This document shows, piece after piece, positions 11,750-26,830 of a DNA stretch of 64,000 bases. How positions within the stretch are numbered: position 1 is the stretch's first letter; each line of letters opens with the position of its first letter. Below the pieces are notes generated by a model, which was not told the DNA's origin, searched no databases, and was given only the letters and a program-made list of their open reading frames with translations. Position numbers and translations under genes: made by a program. The DNA comes from Felis catus (taxonomy: Eukaryota). The stretch covers positions 197,348,001 to 197,412,000 of the forward strand of contig NC_058368.1 of NCBI RefSeq assembly GCF_018350175.1. The letters are read 5' to 3'.

Positions 11750-13030
11750 TTTCTTGTGGCATCTATTTTTGCTGATGATAAGTTTGCTGTTAATCTCACA
11801 GCCATTTCTTGGCAGGTAGGCACCTTTTTTTCTCATTTTTTAAAGGTTATTCTTACTAATGGTTTGTACTATGATATACCTAGATGTGATTTTTCTGTTA
11901 CATATTTATCGCAAGGTGTCCACTCCCTTGTTCACATCATGTATCTTTTAGTAGTTATTTCACTGGAGATCTGTGAGTTGTAACTACTCTCAGTCTTCAG
12001 TCCTTGTTTGTCTTAAATATACTTAAAATATACTTGTGAATGATAATTTAGCTGAGTATGGAATAGCCTTCAAAGTGGAGGGGAAAATAACTATTAACAT
12101 AAAATTTCAAATCTGTTTTGCCAGGGTTTTGTCCATTTTATGAATCCTCAGAAACAATTTTTCTGATGTTGACCATCTTTATTGTTTCTTTGTTTTCTAT
12201 TTCACGAATTTCACATTTACCTTTATGGTTTTCTTCTACTTTATTTGTTTTTATTTCGTTGATTTATGCTCTTATCTTTTCTCTTTAACTTTCATCCTGT
12301 AAATCGAACAGTCAAGTAATAGATCGTTGAACGCAGAAAGAAGGATTAGGAGAAACAGGAAACATGAAAAGACCGATAGCCCTAAAGAAATGGAAGTCAT
12401 GTTAAAATTTTTATTATTTTTATTTATTTTGCTTAGGACGTGGTGTACTTCTTCAATTTGAAGACTCATGTCTTTCTTCAATTCTGGAAAATTCTCAGTC
12501 ATTCTCCCTTTGAATATTGCCTCTCTCTCATTCTTTTTAGTCTCTCTTCCGGAATATTCCTATCAGAGGTATGTTGGACTTGCCATTCTATCCTCAATCT
12601 CGCTTAATCGGTTCTTTTCCATTTTTCATCTTTTTGTTCTTCTAGGTGCATTCTGGGTGGTTTCCTCAGAACCGTCTTCAGTTTCACTAATTCTCTCCTC
12701 TGCTGAGACTAAACCTGCCATTTAACTCAACTCATGTCGTCCTAAGTGCCCATGCCTTTATTTTCATGTCTAGAATTTGTATTTTGCTATTTTTCACATA
12801 TACTTGTTTCTACTGACCAGGTTCATATTTTCTCTGTAGCTTCTATTCAGTCTTTTATTTCATCATGTTAACCATGCCTATTATAAATTACTCTTCAGGT
12901 AGTTGCTATTTCTAGCTTTTGTAGTGTTCATTTACCTATTTGTGCACCTGCTGGCACTCATTGTCCGTGGCTCCTTTCCTCGCGCTTGTATTTTTGGTTA
13001 CGTGAACGAATTCCCAACATTTTAAAACAT
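11750..13030 (-). mobile_element. Degraded L1/HAL1 ORF1-region remnant
   Basis: Minus-strand ORF 12272..12502 begins MTENFPELKKDMSLQIEEVHHVLSKINK, resembling the L1 ORF1p ENFP..L.KD..LQI.EA motif; T-rich plus strand; boundaries approximate. Confidence 0.65.
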
Positions 13031-13298
13031 GGTCTCTGCATGAAGCTGGACTGAAGAAAACATCCCAGCAGAGCAGTTTTGGCATCTGTTTTCCTTGAAA
13101 ACTTAGGAACTCGAGGAAACTCAAGGTCCGGAGCTGGTTTTTCAATGTTAAGTTCTCTGACTCTGATACCTCCATTGTAGAGTGTAATTCAGAGCCCACA
13201 CCTTCTAATGGTGTGAGTCCAGGTGTTTGATTTTTTTCCAGAGACTCACACAGATGGAAAGTGTGCTGTTGGCAGGCTAGTTTTCCCATCTCCTCTTT

Positions 13299-13512
13299 TT
13301 TTTTTTCAACGTTTTTTATTTATTTTTGGGACAGAGAGAGACAGAGCATGAACGGGGGAGGGGCAGAGAGAGAGGGAGACACAGAATCGGAAACAGGCTC
13401 CAGGCTCCGAGCCATCAGCCCAGAGCCCGACGCGGGGCTCGAACTCCCGGACTGCGAGATCGTGACCTGGCTGAAGTCGGACGCTTAACCGACTGCGCCA
13501 CCCAGGCGCCCC
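13299..13512 (-). mobile_element. Young feline Can-SINE
   Basis: TSD tcccatctcctcttt (13284-13298, 13513-13527). Confidence 0.95.
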
Positions 13513-15520
13513 TCCCATCTCCTCTTTACAGAAGTTGTAGTTCTTCCAGACTTCAGGCTCAAAGGGAGCTCAAAGCTATGTAGGGAGCTCAATTCAGCTT
13601 CCCGGCTTCACATAGACCCAAAGTCACATCTCCTGTCCCTGTGTGGCATTATAAGGTGAGCCCCAACTCTGAGGGCAAGTATCCCAGCTGAGAACCCCTG
13701 GGGTCTCGGGGCCATCTGCTCTGGCTTCTCAACTTGACTTTGGTTTCTCCTTTTGTTTCTGGCTCCCAGGCATTTTCTTTGCTTCCTTTCAGGTTAAAGA
13801 ATGTATGAGAATATTCATCCATGTCACGTTTTATCTAGGATTTGTCTGTGTATGCGGGTGAGAGTAGCCCCCTGTGGAGCAGCTCAGCCTGCCCTATTTC
13901 TAGAAGTCCTACCATTCTGACCCAATTTCCATGCCAGGGAAACCCTAATGTAATTTGTGAGGCGTCTTGGACTCTTTCTAAATAGCTGGGACTCAGGCCA
14001 TTGGCAGATCAGCTATGAGGCAACAGGCACACAGGCAAAAGATCACAGTTTCTGTCTCAGCTTGACCACTTTCTAGCTGTGTCATTCTGAGCATGTCGCT
14101 AAATGAAATAGCGAGTTCAGGAAATGCTGTGTAAAATGTAAGGGTTCTACAGAGATTTGAAATCCTATGATTTTTTTTTTTTTTTTTAACCTCAGCTAAG
14201 TTTAGTTGTAGATTTCAGCTAGGTGCTCTTTTGAGGATGGCTGCTCTCATGGTCTGGGAGAATCTGGAAGTCAGGCCAGAGAGGTGCAGAGTCAGTAAGT
14301 GTCATGGAAAGAGTCCTGGGCCCGGTGTCGGGACAGAGCTTTCGTGCCCGTTCTGCCACGAACTGGTGGTGCCACCTTGAGCCGTTCAAGTTAGCTCCTG
14401 GCCTTCTCATCGCCGGGTTGACCTGAGTTCTGGGGACAAATGTAGGTGGCAGACCACAGCACTCTCATCCCTGCCCCTCCCTCAATTCAGCCTGAACTAG
14501 AGAAGCTCTTTTTACATCCTGCTGTACCACTTCCTAACCACCAACTTTATTTTTCTGTGTGTCAGTGTCATCCTTTGCAAAAAGTGATAAGAATAACTCC
14601 TGCCTCAGAGGGCAATTGTGTAGACTATATGAGCTCAGACGGTCTGATTCACGATAAGCTCCCCGCCCCCCAACTAGTAGCCGTTATTAACTCTCGGGCC
14701 TTCCAAGTTATTTTTGTTTAAAAAAATGGATTCTGAGGTTTAAAAAACCCCAGCCTGATTTAGACCTGAAAGACATCTTAAAAATTGTTCAGGTAGATTC
14801 TGGATTGAATTCTTTCCAAAGCACTTCTAGTTCCCACGTTCTTTGATTCGATGGCGAATTTCTAGTAAGCAAATTGGTTTTAACAACGAGTTTGTACAGC
14901 ACAGCATGTATAAGGATCTCTATTATCTGCAGTCACTTCTTGCCGCCCTTGACCTTCCTTCTCCCCACTTCCCATCCACTCTCTGAATGCCACGTAGCGC
15001 TTTTGTTCTGTGTCGTGAGATGAGATGGCAGCAGTTGTGAAAAGTCCCTTCTGACCGTAGTCAAACTTTCTTCATCGCTCCTCTAGATTGTGCCCCCCGT
15101 CCCTGACAAAGAAATATCTCTTAAGGGTCCCTTTTCAACCCTTCCCTTTGGGGGCAACCAATTCCTCTTTCCATTAAAAATGGGCCCCGGGGGGTCTCCA
15201 AGAAAGGGGAGGGGTCGAGAGAAGGGCCTTTGTTTTTCTTGAGAGGTGGAGTTCCACCAGGAGGGGTGTTTTCGTCTCCGCTTCCACCTGCTCAGCAGCA
15301 GCATAGCTCACCTCTTCGCGAGTGGGGTGCTGATAGCTTTTCTTCCTCGGCAGGAGAGGCAAATACCCTATGCAACAATGAACTGAGGAGTGTGGTTTCA
15401 GCGATGGCAGGCGAGTTGGCGGTTTCTCTGTGGCCTTCGCTGTATCCTGGGCTGGAGAGAGAATGGTTGCGTCTGGGGCCTGGCACCGATCACCATCCAT
15501 GCCTTTTTGTCTCAACGCAG

Positions 15521-15654
15521 GAACAAGAGCTCCGCCTTTTTCAGCGATGAGGAAAGATGCTCTCTGTGGGTCCTGGGCAGAGACAGGAAAGCTGAGTGTG
15601 CCAGCTTCCTCCACACCCTTGCTCATACCGACATAGCGTCTGTCTACCGGCTTA
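15521..15654 (+). CDS. SH3TC2: SH3TC2 exon 9
   Basis: caacgcag|G...CTTA|gtgagt; NKSSAFFSDEERCSLWVLGRDRKAECASFLHTLAHTDIASVYRL. Confidence 0.94.
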
Positions 15655-18236
15655 GTGAGTATTGGCTCCTCAGACCCCTTTGAAAGCTCAGCTCAGCTGA
15701 GCAACTGGTTGAGCAATCTGGTTGAGGACTCAACCAGTTGCGAGGTCAACCAGATTGAGCCTTCCGTTCTAATCTTGGAGAAGAAAACTGCCTGACTTGA
15801 GACTGAGGTCTCTTCCCCTAGGGCTGAAGGGGGTCTAGGTCCCCAGTGATAAAGGCAGGACTGTAGAAGGTTACAGGTTCTGAGAGGTGATTTCTCCTCT
15901 CATTTTATAGATTGGAAATTGAGTTCCTGGTGAATTTGTGCCTGAGCCAGGCCAAGAACCGCCTTTCTCCGTTTTCTAGTCAGGACCCTCCCTCCTCTAC
16001 CACACTGGCCCCAACACAGAATGACATTCGTCTGTTGGGGTGTGTTGGCTTTGGGTGGGGGAGGGACCTCAGTGCTGGCAGTTTTCATCAGTTTCTGCAT
16101 GACTGACTGAGCGAACGACGACTGCCACTCCTTTTCCTTACTTTGGAAAGGCCCGCTGCTCTGTGTCAGGAAGGACGTTCACCCTTTGACAGCGGTTTGA
16201 GTGGTTTGAGTGGTTCTCGCATCTCTTCAGTGATGGTGATATTGTGTCCACCCCTGTGTGGCCAGATCAGATGGGGCACAGTTCATGGGCCCAGGACAGA
16301 GAATCTGCCGAGGCAACACACAGGCCCGCTCCCTGGAGCAGAGGTGGGCATTAGAATCTTTCACCGTGCACAAGGAGCACTTGTGAGGAGCACCTAGCCC
16401 ACGCGTCTGCATCAGCCCTGGCAGAACTTTCTTGCCACAAACAGGTCACACCCCCTACCAGGCTGGACCAGGAAGCTGAAGCTGTGGACGTTGTCTGGCA
16501 GGGGTTGCTGAGGTCCGACAATCCAGGACTACTTCGGGTCTGCCTTCAGCAGGGGCAGGCCACAGACTTGGATCTAATGGATCCACCAACCGTTGATCCA
16601 ATGATTGGGAGAGATCTAGGAGCAGGTCCCGGGTAGCTGATTGCCTCCTATCTAAAGAGCGAGAGTGCCTCTCTGTTGGATGCAGGGCAGAGCCTAGTGG
16701 TTATAAAGGTTTCCACTGTCACCAAGGCAACCAGCAGAGGGACATCCTGTTGGTAAATTCCAGCTTCCTCAAGTCCTGTGCCCCAGGAAGGAGTGCCTCT
16801 GGGTACTTCTTCCTCCCAGAGGGAGCATCTTTTTGCAACTCACGCACCATTTGTGTTCTTGGTGGCCCTGGCCTGGAGAGATATGGCTGCAGTGAGACTC
16901 TCATGTGCTCTCAACGTCAGGGAGGGCCAGGGCACAACGGTAGCTCTCCAGAGCCCGGTTCCCTATCTCTCCCACATTTGGCCATGGGGCCTTCTACCCT
17001 TCAGAGCTTACAGATCTCAAGTATGTACAACGACTCTCACAGAGAGTGGTAGGCAGAGGCTTGACTTGGTGAAGGGCCTGCTGTCCTCAAAGTTCATTGG
17101 AGAGCGCAGAGTGAGGGCACAGGCAGCTGTTGTTTCTCTGCCAGGAAGAGTTAGAATCTTATTTCCAGAAGCCCCTGTCCCATGGAGACGAACCTGGTCT
17201 TCGCTTCCACAGTTGTACCATGACTGCTTTTGCTAAGAGAGTTAAGTTCTTTGCTGCCAAACTCAAGGTGTCTTCTTGGTTCTCGACCAGCCTTCTTCCA
17301 CTTTTGTGATGTCAGGCGATGGTCCCACAGGCACCTTGGTCTCTGTGTCTCTTTTCTCTCGGACTGTGCCTTTCCAGTCTCCTTCACTGCCTCCCACCCG
17401 CCGGGAGATGCTGGTGTTTCTCTGGCTCATTCACAAACTCCCCTCCCCCAGCTGCTTTGCTTTCTTGTCCAAACACTTCTCCTAGGACCTGGGCCCATTC
17501 CTTGGGATGGGCTGTGGGTCCTCAATCTGTATTTGCAAGTCTCAACTTTTTTCTTTGGCTACAGATCTACTTCATTCTCAGCCTAGAGCCCCTGCGAGTA
17601 CCTCAGACTCAAAATATCTAAATGCTGTGCTCAAGACTGTTCCTTCGACCTCATCCCATGAGGTTACGTGAGGACCAAAACCAGGACGCTCAGTGGCCTC
17701 TTCACTCTAGTTGCTTCATTAGTCACCCTGGGTCACCTAGTCCCGTGTCCCATTGTACATACTGGATCAATGACTGTTGAGAAGATGAATGATGAACGAA
17801 CGGAGGAAGGAAGAAGGAAGGGTGTCCACGTGGCATGATGCCACATGTCACAAAGTGCGCCATGCTTGGGAGTTTTGATCATGGCTCTCTTGTCATCTGC
17901 CTGGGAGATTTGGGTCTTTAGATTTTGTCATCCTCCCCATTCCCACACCTCCCAGAAGAGAGCTCGTGTTTCTAGCTTCTCCACTTTTCTTTTCTGGCTC
18001 TGGGTCTTATTTCTACCTCAGTGCCCAACCGTGAAGTGAGTGGCTTAAACAAGATGCTCTCCAGGTCCCTACAGCTCTTAAGCTGATGATAAAGGAGAAG
18101 ATTCTTCGCAGTTTCTTAGGGAAATTTAAACACAAAGGGTCCTGAGGGGACCACGGGTCTGGGGTATATACCTGCAGGCCTAGGCATGGTGGCCTATACT
18201 GACCTAACACCAGGTCTGTCTTTCCTCTCCATCCAG

Positions 18237-18278
18237 GTGGGTTTGAATCCATCCAGAATCTTCCAAACGATCTAAGTG
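18237..18278 (+). CDS. SH3TC2: SH3TC2 exon 10 (42 nt)
   Basis: ctccatccag|GT...AGTG|gtgagt; (S)[13 protein letters not shown]; phases fit exons 9 and 11. Confidence 0.9.
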
Positions 18279-18402
18279 GTGAGTAGAGATCATGCCGAAC
18301 CTGACCTCCGGTCCTTCAGAACAGCCTCCTGCCCTCTTGCCAGGAGCTGGCCACCACAGTGGCAGGTGCTTAGGGTTGCCCAACTCTGCCTGTCCCTTAC
18401 AG

Positions 18403-20391
<1,989 letters not shown>

Positions 20392-20575
20392 TGAGTCTGG
20401 GCTCGGGGACAGTCCTGGAAACAGCTTACCTTCCTTGAGGAGAAGCAGCACTCTTTTCCTCAGGACGTGAAGTTCACAGGCACATTCGAGCAAGTTCTCT
20501 AATTTCTCTGTACCTCAGCCTCCTCATCAAAGATGGGAACGGTGGCATAGACCTTATAGTATTAAAAAAAAAAAA

Positions 20576-20765
20576 GTTTACTTATTTATTTGAAGACACA
20601 GAGAACAGGGGAAGGGCAGAGAGAGAGGGAAGACAGAATCCGAAGCAGGCTCCAGGCTCCGAGCTGTCGGCATAGAGCCCGAGGCGAGGCTCAAACTCAC
20701 AAACCGCGAGATTATGACCTGAGCCGAAGTCCGAGGCTTGACCGACGGAGCCACCCGGGTGCCCC
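20576..20765 (-). mobile_element. Older Can-SINE
   Basis: acagaatccgaagcaggctccagg...gagccacccgggtgcccc. Confidence 0.85.
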
Positions 20766-22904
20766 AAGGGGGCCTAATTTAGAGAGGTGGCAGTGATACA
20801 GGACTGGACCCCTCAGGAGGTCTTGGTTACCTGTGGACAATGGGTAATAGAGAAAGGACACAAAGTAAGTCAATCCACTGGTGGGGGGCCGGTGGGTAAA
20901 ATTTGACAGTAAAAACATTTGATTTGCAACCTTACCTTTAAAATGCATCTGGAAGTGATGGACCTAAGTTTATTTTCACCTTTTAGTTAAGAGACTTAGG
21001 TTAGAATTGCAACCAGGCAACAAGTCATAGAATAAACAGCAAAAGAACTGTTGACTTTTAGCTCAATTGTGTGCACAAGATTGCATAACAGCACGATGGA
21101 ATATCCTTTGTTCTGCGATTGACTTTTCAGCCCTCTCTTAAAAAGCCTCCTCTTTGCAAAAATACACCAAACCTTAACTGTTTTACCCCAAAGCTTCTTT
21201 TAACCCCTTGACCTTTGAATCATTCTCACGTGAAGCATCCTGCTATCTTCTGCCAGTTTTCTCTTCTCTCACGTCCCCACTGGGTCCAATCGGCCTACTC
21301 CTCATTCACCAGCGGTGTGGCCGGCTGTTCTGCTTTCCAGCAGGCCTCTAATTGATTCCATTACATTCTGCATGGTTTGCAAGAGATCTGACTTCATTTT
21401 GCAACAGATTAGCAGTGTGGCGTTGTACTCGTAATTATGAATGACATCTAAAATACGGCAGGGATAATTGCCAGTGTTGAGCAGAGAGAGAGGTGGTTGG
21501 GGAGAAGCTAATTGAATGACAAACGTTGCTTCTCTGGGCAACATGGCAACCTGGGGCATCAGGGCAGCCAGATCACTAATAGATAATAATCTCTCTCTGT
21601 TTCCCTCCCTCTGTCTCCCTCTCTCTCACCCTTTTCCTCTCTTGCAAGAATCGGGTGTCCTCTAAACCTCCCGCCATCTTTGCCTTCCGTTCTAGGACGG
21701 GAGGTTTGGATCCTTGCAGCGTGTGAGGGGACAGGAGGTGTGGCCCAGAGCGACACCGCTTCCATTCCAGGACGCCCCATGAATGTCCTTTTAGTGAGGA
21801 GTGGATTTTTGGCGGTCCTCATTCTATCATTCTGGAAGTTGATCCAGATGGGGATCTTTGAAGCCTCATATTCTAGAATTCTAATCTCTGAGCTTCTGAT
21901 CTGTACAACTCCCTTTCTTCTGCTTTCCCACTAATGTGCGTGATACGAAGAAATTTAGGAAGTGCCTTAGGTGTCAGAGGAAACCCCTGCAAACATAAGG
22001 TCATCATCCCTTTGCAGAAAGCTCAGTTCGTCAAGGAGAACGTGCTACAATGCGATATTTATTTAGCAGGTATAAATTACCTACTCCTGCAAGGCGCTTA
22101 ACAGACACAGAGAAACAGGTATTTGCATACACCTTGAGGTGGTTACTGTAATTTAGCTCTAAGCTTCCTGGTAACTGAGGGAAAAAGGGGAAAGCCACAG
22201 GAGGTTCTCATTGATTAAAAAAAATAAACAAATGTGTCTGTTGGAGCAAATGCTTTTCTGGCACTTGTTTCTGGGAGGCTCTTATTAAGTGGGTCTTGAG
22301 GTATGGACAGGGTTCTTCCAGGAAACTCTCCCCGTGGGATTTCCGTACTCACGACGCTCAAAGGCAGGAAGGGTTCCTGGGTGAGGATGGCAGGCATCTG
22401 CAGGGGAGGGTTTGGAGGGAAAGAAGAGGAGGGTTGGGGAAGACTTCAGGAAGGTGGTAGCGTGTGAAGAAAGTCTTAAAGGATTGGTAAGATTTCGGAA
22501 AGTGGAGGAGGGGAAGAGAATAGGATCTGGGGCCGTGGGGATTGCGGTAGCAGTGGGAAGGGGGGCCCGTCTGGAAGACACTGTGTAGGTTTGATGAAGT
22601 TTGGTGTTCGAGTGGATATGGGTAGTAAGGGAGAGAGAGGCCTTCGGCCTGTCCCCTAGGAGGGGATGCGGAGGTGGGCTGGGGTGGGGAGGGCCTCCGG
22701 ACTGGCACAGCGGGCAGCCATAATGAAAATGGTGGCCGGAATAGTAGCTAAAGGCCTTCACGGCGAGCGTGCAGCGTTTACCAAGATACGTGTAATCTCA
22801 GGATAACTGCACAAATGTCCACAAAGACCTGTGGGAACTGAGAACGAAGGAAGCCGAGTAATTTGAGGCTGCGCAGTCGGGGTTGATACCCAGGTTGAGT
22901 CTAG

Positions 22905-23080
22905 CACAGGGGTTGGCAAACTTTCTGTTAAAGGTCCGACAGGAAATGTTTTAGGCGTGGTGGCCATGTGGTCCCCGTCACGACGACGCTGAGGTTGCAT
23001 TGCCTTGTGAAAACACCCGTAGACTACGTGTGGGAGGGAGTGCGGCGGGGTTCACTGAGATTTGGTTTACAAAAGCAGGA
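22905..23080 (+). mobile_element. MER58A-like hAT-Charlie element
   Basis: caggggttggcaaactttctgttaaaggtcc...aaatgttttaggc...tttacaaaagcagg. Confidence 0.6.
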
Positions 23081-24322
23081 GAAGGCTGCATCCCGGTCTA
23101 GAGTCCATATTCGTAACCGCTCTGTATGTATTCTGCCTGTTCGGTCAGCAATTCCCCCCCCCCCCCCCCCAGATAAACTGTTAGTGTGGATGGCTATAGC
23201 GTGAAGGCTCCAGAGTTGTATGGATGAGCAGGGCCTCACTGTTCATCTGGTCTGACCCCTGCCTGCTCCAGAGAGTCCTGGCTGCTGACCCACGTGGTTT
23301 CACCAGTAGTAGCTCAGATCCCGGATTCCTCCATTTATGGTGGTTTCACTGCCTCATGCTCCCTTTCTACTCATGTCAATTCCTCCTATTTGAAAGGTTT
23401 TCTCTAGGGTGGAGGATGGTAGGTGAGGGCATACAGATGGAGAAAGCTGCAGCCCAGCCTTTGGGTGTTTGCCTTGGAATACTTTGCTGTCCCTTTGTCC
23501 AGGACTGTCGGGGTCTTGCTATCTCTGCCTCCAGGGTGACAGCTACAAGACCTAGTGTTTCCAGTCTCTCAGTGGGCAGGGCCCTTGGGCATCTTGTTTT
23601 CTGTCTTCAGGTGACATAGTATAGACTGTGCCTTGTACTGAACCAGGTGGGATCCATGGGAATTTTGAGGCTCTATTGAACCCAGCCGACAAATGTTCAC
23701 TGGGCGTTTATTATAGCCCCAAAACCTGACAGAGAGCTATAGTCCCTGAGCTCACAATGCTTATAGTTCAAGATATTGACAATATTCACATACATATTTG
23801 CCGAAGGTATCCTATAAATTGTGGTAAGGGCCACCAAGGATGTGCATGTTATTTTTAGAAAGAAGACATGCCTGTATGCAACAAGTCTTCACGAAGTAAT
23901 TCTTTGCGTGTGGATAGAATAGTCGCCGGAAGTCAGGATTCCTTATTGTTATTCTTATGCTTCTTACTCCTGTGGAATGAACAAAGAAACCCTTCGCCAT
24001 TTGGTTTTCGGTGTAACTACTACAACCAACCACTAACATTTCTGTAACCCTGAACGAGGGAGGCACTGCTCTCACTGACGTGTCATGTGATCACGAGGCT
24101 GGGACGTACATCACCACCCCTACTTTGGCAGGTGAGGAAACCTTGTTCGGGGCTGGAAGTAGCTTACGCTCTTCCCAAACTTCTAGGTTGTTAAAGGAGT
24201 TAAAAAAAAAAAAAAAAGCAGAAGCCCTCCCATGTGCTGATTTCTGAGCCCGAGACTGAGCGCTGCTTGAGGGTGTGTGTGGGGTTCTGGAGTCAGATTG
24301 TCAGGGTTAGACTCTGGTTTAA

Positions 24323-24524
24323 CGTTTATTTATTTTTGAGACAGAGAGAGACAGAGCATGAACGGGGGGACGGTCAGAGAGAGAGGGAGACACAGAATCC
24401 GAAGCAGGCTCCAGGCTCTGAGCCGTCAGCACAGAGCCCGACGTGGGGCTCGAACTCACGGACCGCGAGATCATGACCTGAGCCGAAGTCAGCAACCCAA
24501 CCGACTGAGCCACCCAGGCGCCCC
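24323..24524 (-). mobile_element. Can-SINE in MIR-like sequence, almost no A tail
   Basis: TSD agactctggtttaa (24309-24322, 24525-24538). Confidence 0.9.
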
Positions 24525-26398
24525 AGACTCTGGTTTAAACAACGTCTATTACCTGGTCCCTGTCACTTACCCTTTCTGAGCCTTATTTTTCCCTCTTCGT
24601 AAAGTGGATATAATACCGGGACTAGCTGCGTGGGGCTGTTTTGATGATTAAGTGAGATAAGGCATGTCAGGTGCTCAATAAATGTCAGGGAATGATTACT
24701 GTCACATATTACAAGACCAAACAGCAGAAGGCTCAACCTAAAGCTTTAGAAATGAACAGTGCCAACTTGGACAAATTAAAAAAAAAAAAAAAAAAAACAA
24801 AAAAACCTCTGAGTTTCTTTATTTGCACGATGGGCTAAGATCCCTCGTGGCTTAATGTTTCTGAGGTTTAAATGACAGAATGGACATTAAAATTCATATC
24901 CCAACATGTGGCATGGGTCAACCCTCGGTGAGTGGCCAGTCTTATTGTGGAAAAAGGGCAGGACCAATGAGTGGAGGCTGGGCCAGAGGTCAGACACTCA
25001 TTCAGGCAGGGCAGGGATCTGGAAAGCCCCAGCAGGGGAATGGAAAGAGGAAGCCTGGGAATGCAGGTGCATGAGAGTCACTTGGCCACAAGTTCATGGC
25101 TGATGTCCAGGTGGGAAGGAAGGAACAAGGACTCAGCTGTAGAGAATGAACTTCAGGGGCAGGAAAAATGGGAAACAGAGGACTCAAGATTGGAGAGGAG
25201 GAGAGATACCCAGGCAAAGCCTTGGCAATAGGTGGCCCGGAAGAGCATGACGCTCGGGATCAAGGCTGATCGGATGCTGTCCCACCAGCCAGGCTCCTTA
25301 CTTCTTTTGATTTGCGAGCTAAGCCACACCTAGGGGCTGCAGGTGGTGGCTGATGGAACTGGAATGCTGGGCCATTCCAGGCCAAGCCAGTGGCTCATCA
25401 GATGAGTGATGGAGCACAGCCACTGGCATAGGCAAACAACTGGGCAGTGATGGGTGACAGGATAGGACCAAGGAGGCTGGAAACCACCTTCCACTTTCAG
25501 ACCTTCGGGCACTTGTTCTCACTGGGCGTCACGGATCAGGTGTACGTCTTGGAGGGAGGCGGTGGTCTCTGGGAAACCCTGTATGCACGAGGAGTCTTGA
25601 CGGTGCTGTGTGAGCCGTTAGGTTTCTGTAAGTCCTGCCTTCCCCTGCGGGGTGTTTCTTGGAGAGAAATCCTGACGGCTCATCCACAGTCATAGTGAGC
25701 TCAGAGAGAAAAGGTCTGAGAAGCAAAGTTCCATTCCTCTTCTGCGATCGGCTTCTTTGTAATAAGCCACGTCTTGCTCCCTGGGGGTCTGGAGAAAACA
25801 ACCATAGCTTAAGGGTCTCCCAGGACAGCAAACAGTAATAAACAAAAACAGAGGAGGGAATAGGAGGATGAGATGTAGGAGTCCTGTCTTCGTCAACTGT
25901 TCCAGTGGGAGTGGGGAGAGCGGGGCTTGAGTCTTGGAAACTCTGCTTGAGGTCTGGGGTGGGGGGTACGGAGCGGGTGAGAGAAGATGGGGCCCCCGTT
26001 TATCCTAGCTCAGCCAGGCAGGCTGGTGACCAGCTCAGCACTATGTGCAGCTTCTCAGCTCACAGCCATGAGAATGTCACAGTCTGACATTCTAATACTT
26101 GAGAGAGGGTGGCCTGTGCCCATCCTGAATGCCCTATCAAGAGCTGGGCAGTGGGGGAAAACCCGAATTCTTTCTTCTCAGGAGTTGCAAGGGCCAAATG
26201 CCTGGCACTTTCTCCAGAAGGCCAGTAGCTGCCTCGTTGCCAACACGAATCAGGGCCTCATTAGTCAAAGGCAATGCTTGTTTTCATCACTGTGCACAAT
26301 GATGAGATGGTAACCACATTTGATGAGGACCTCCTAACTGTGCATACACTTGGTTGATGATGATCCGTGTTTCTAGAAGGATCTTTATGGTTTGGAGT

Positions 26399-26830
26399 AG
26401 TTGTTCTCAGATTTTGATGTGCGTGGACATAACCCCTGGGTTATTAGGCTGTGTTAGGGTGCACGTGGGTGCATTAGGAATCCAGATTCGGAGCTTGCAC
26501 CTGCCATGATTTGGACTTAGTGAGTCTGAGGTAGCTCTAGGAGTCTGTATTCTTTAAAAAAATTTTTTTAATGTTTATTTATTTATTTTTGAGACAGAGA
26601 GAGACAGAGCATGAACGGGGAAGGGTCAGAGAGAGGGAGACACAGAATCTGAAACAGGCTCCAGGCTCTGAGCTGTCAGCACAGGGCCCGACGCGGGGCT
26701 CGAACTCACGGAGCGCGAGATCACGACCTGAGCTGAAGTCGGACGCTTAATCGACTGAGCCACCCAGGCGCCCCTAGGAGTCTGTATTCTTAATAGACTC
26801 CCAGATAATGCTGCTGCAGGAGGGCCATGA
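26399..26830. mobile_element. MER5-like element split by a SINE
   Basis: gttctcagattttgatgtgc...ggagtctgtattcttaatagactcccagataatgctgctgcagg once the SINE is removed. Confidence 0.55.
26555..26773 (-). mobile_element. Can-SINE
   Basis: TSD ctaggagtctgtattctt (26537-26554, 26774-26791). Confidence 0.93.

Noticed and set aside
18276..18402. N-terminal extension of the 634-aa ORF through intron 10
   Set aside because: Starts at GTG in the donor region with no in-frame ATG in the intron; the 124-nt intron has canonical sites, and retention in the exon 10 frame hits TAG at once
22285..22761. 158-aa Pro/Ser-rich minus-strand ORF in intron 12
   Set aside because: Arises from purine-rich, probably L2-derived sequence; no homology recognised
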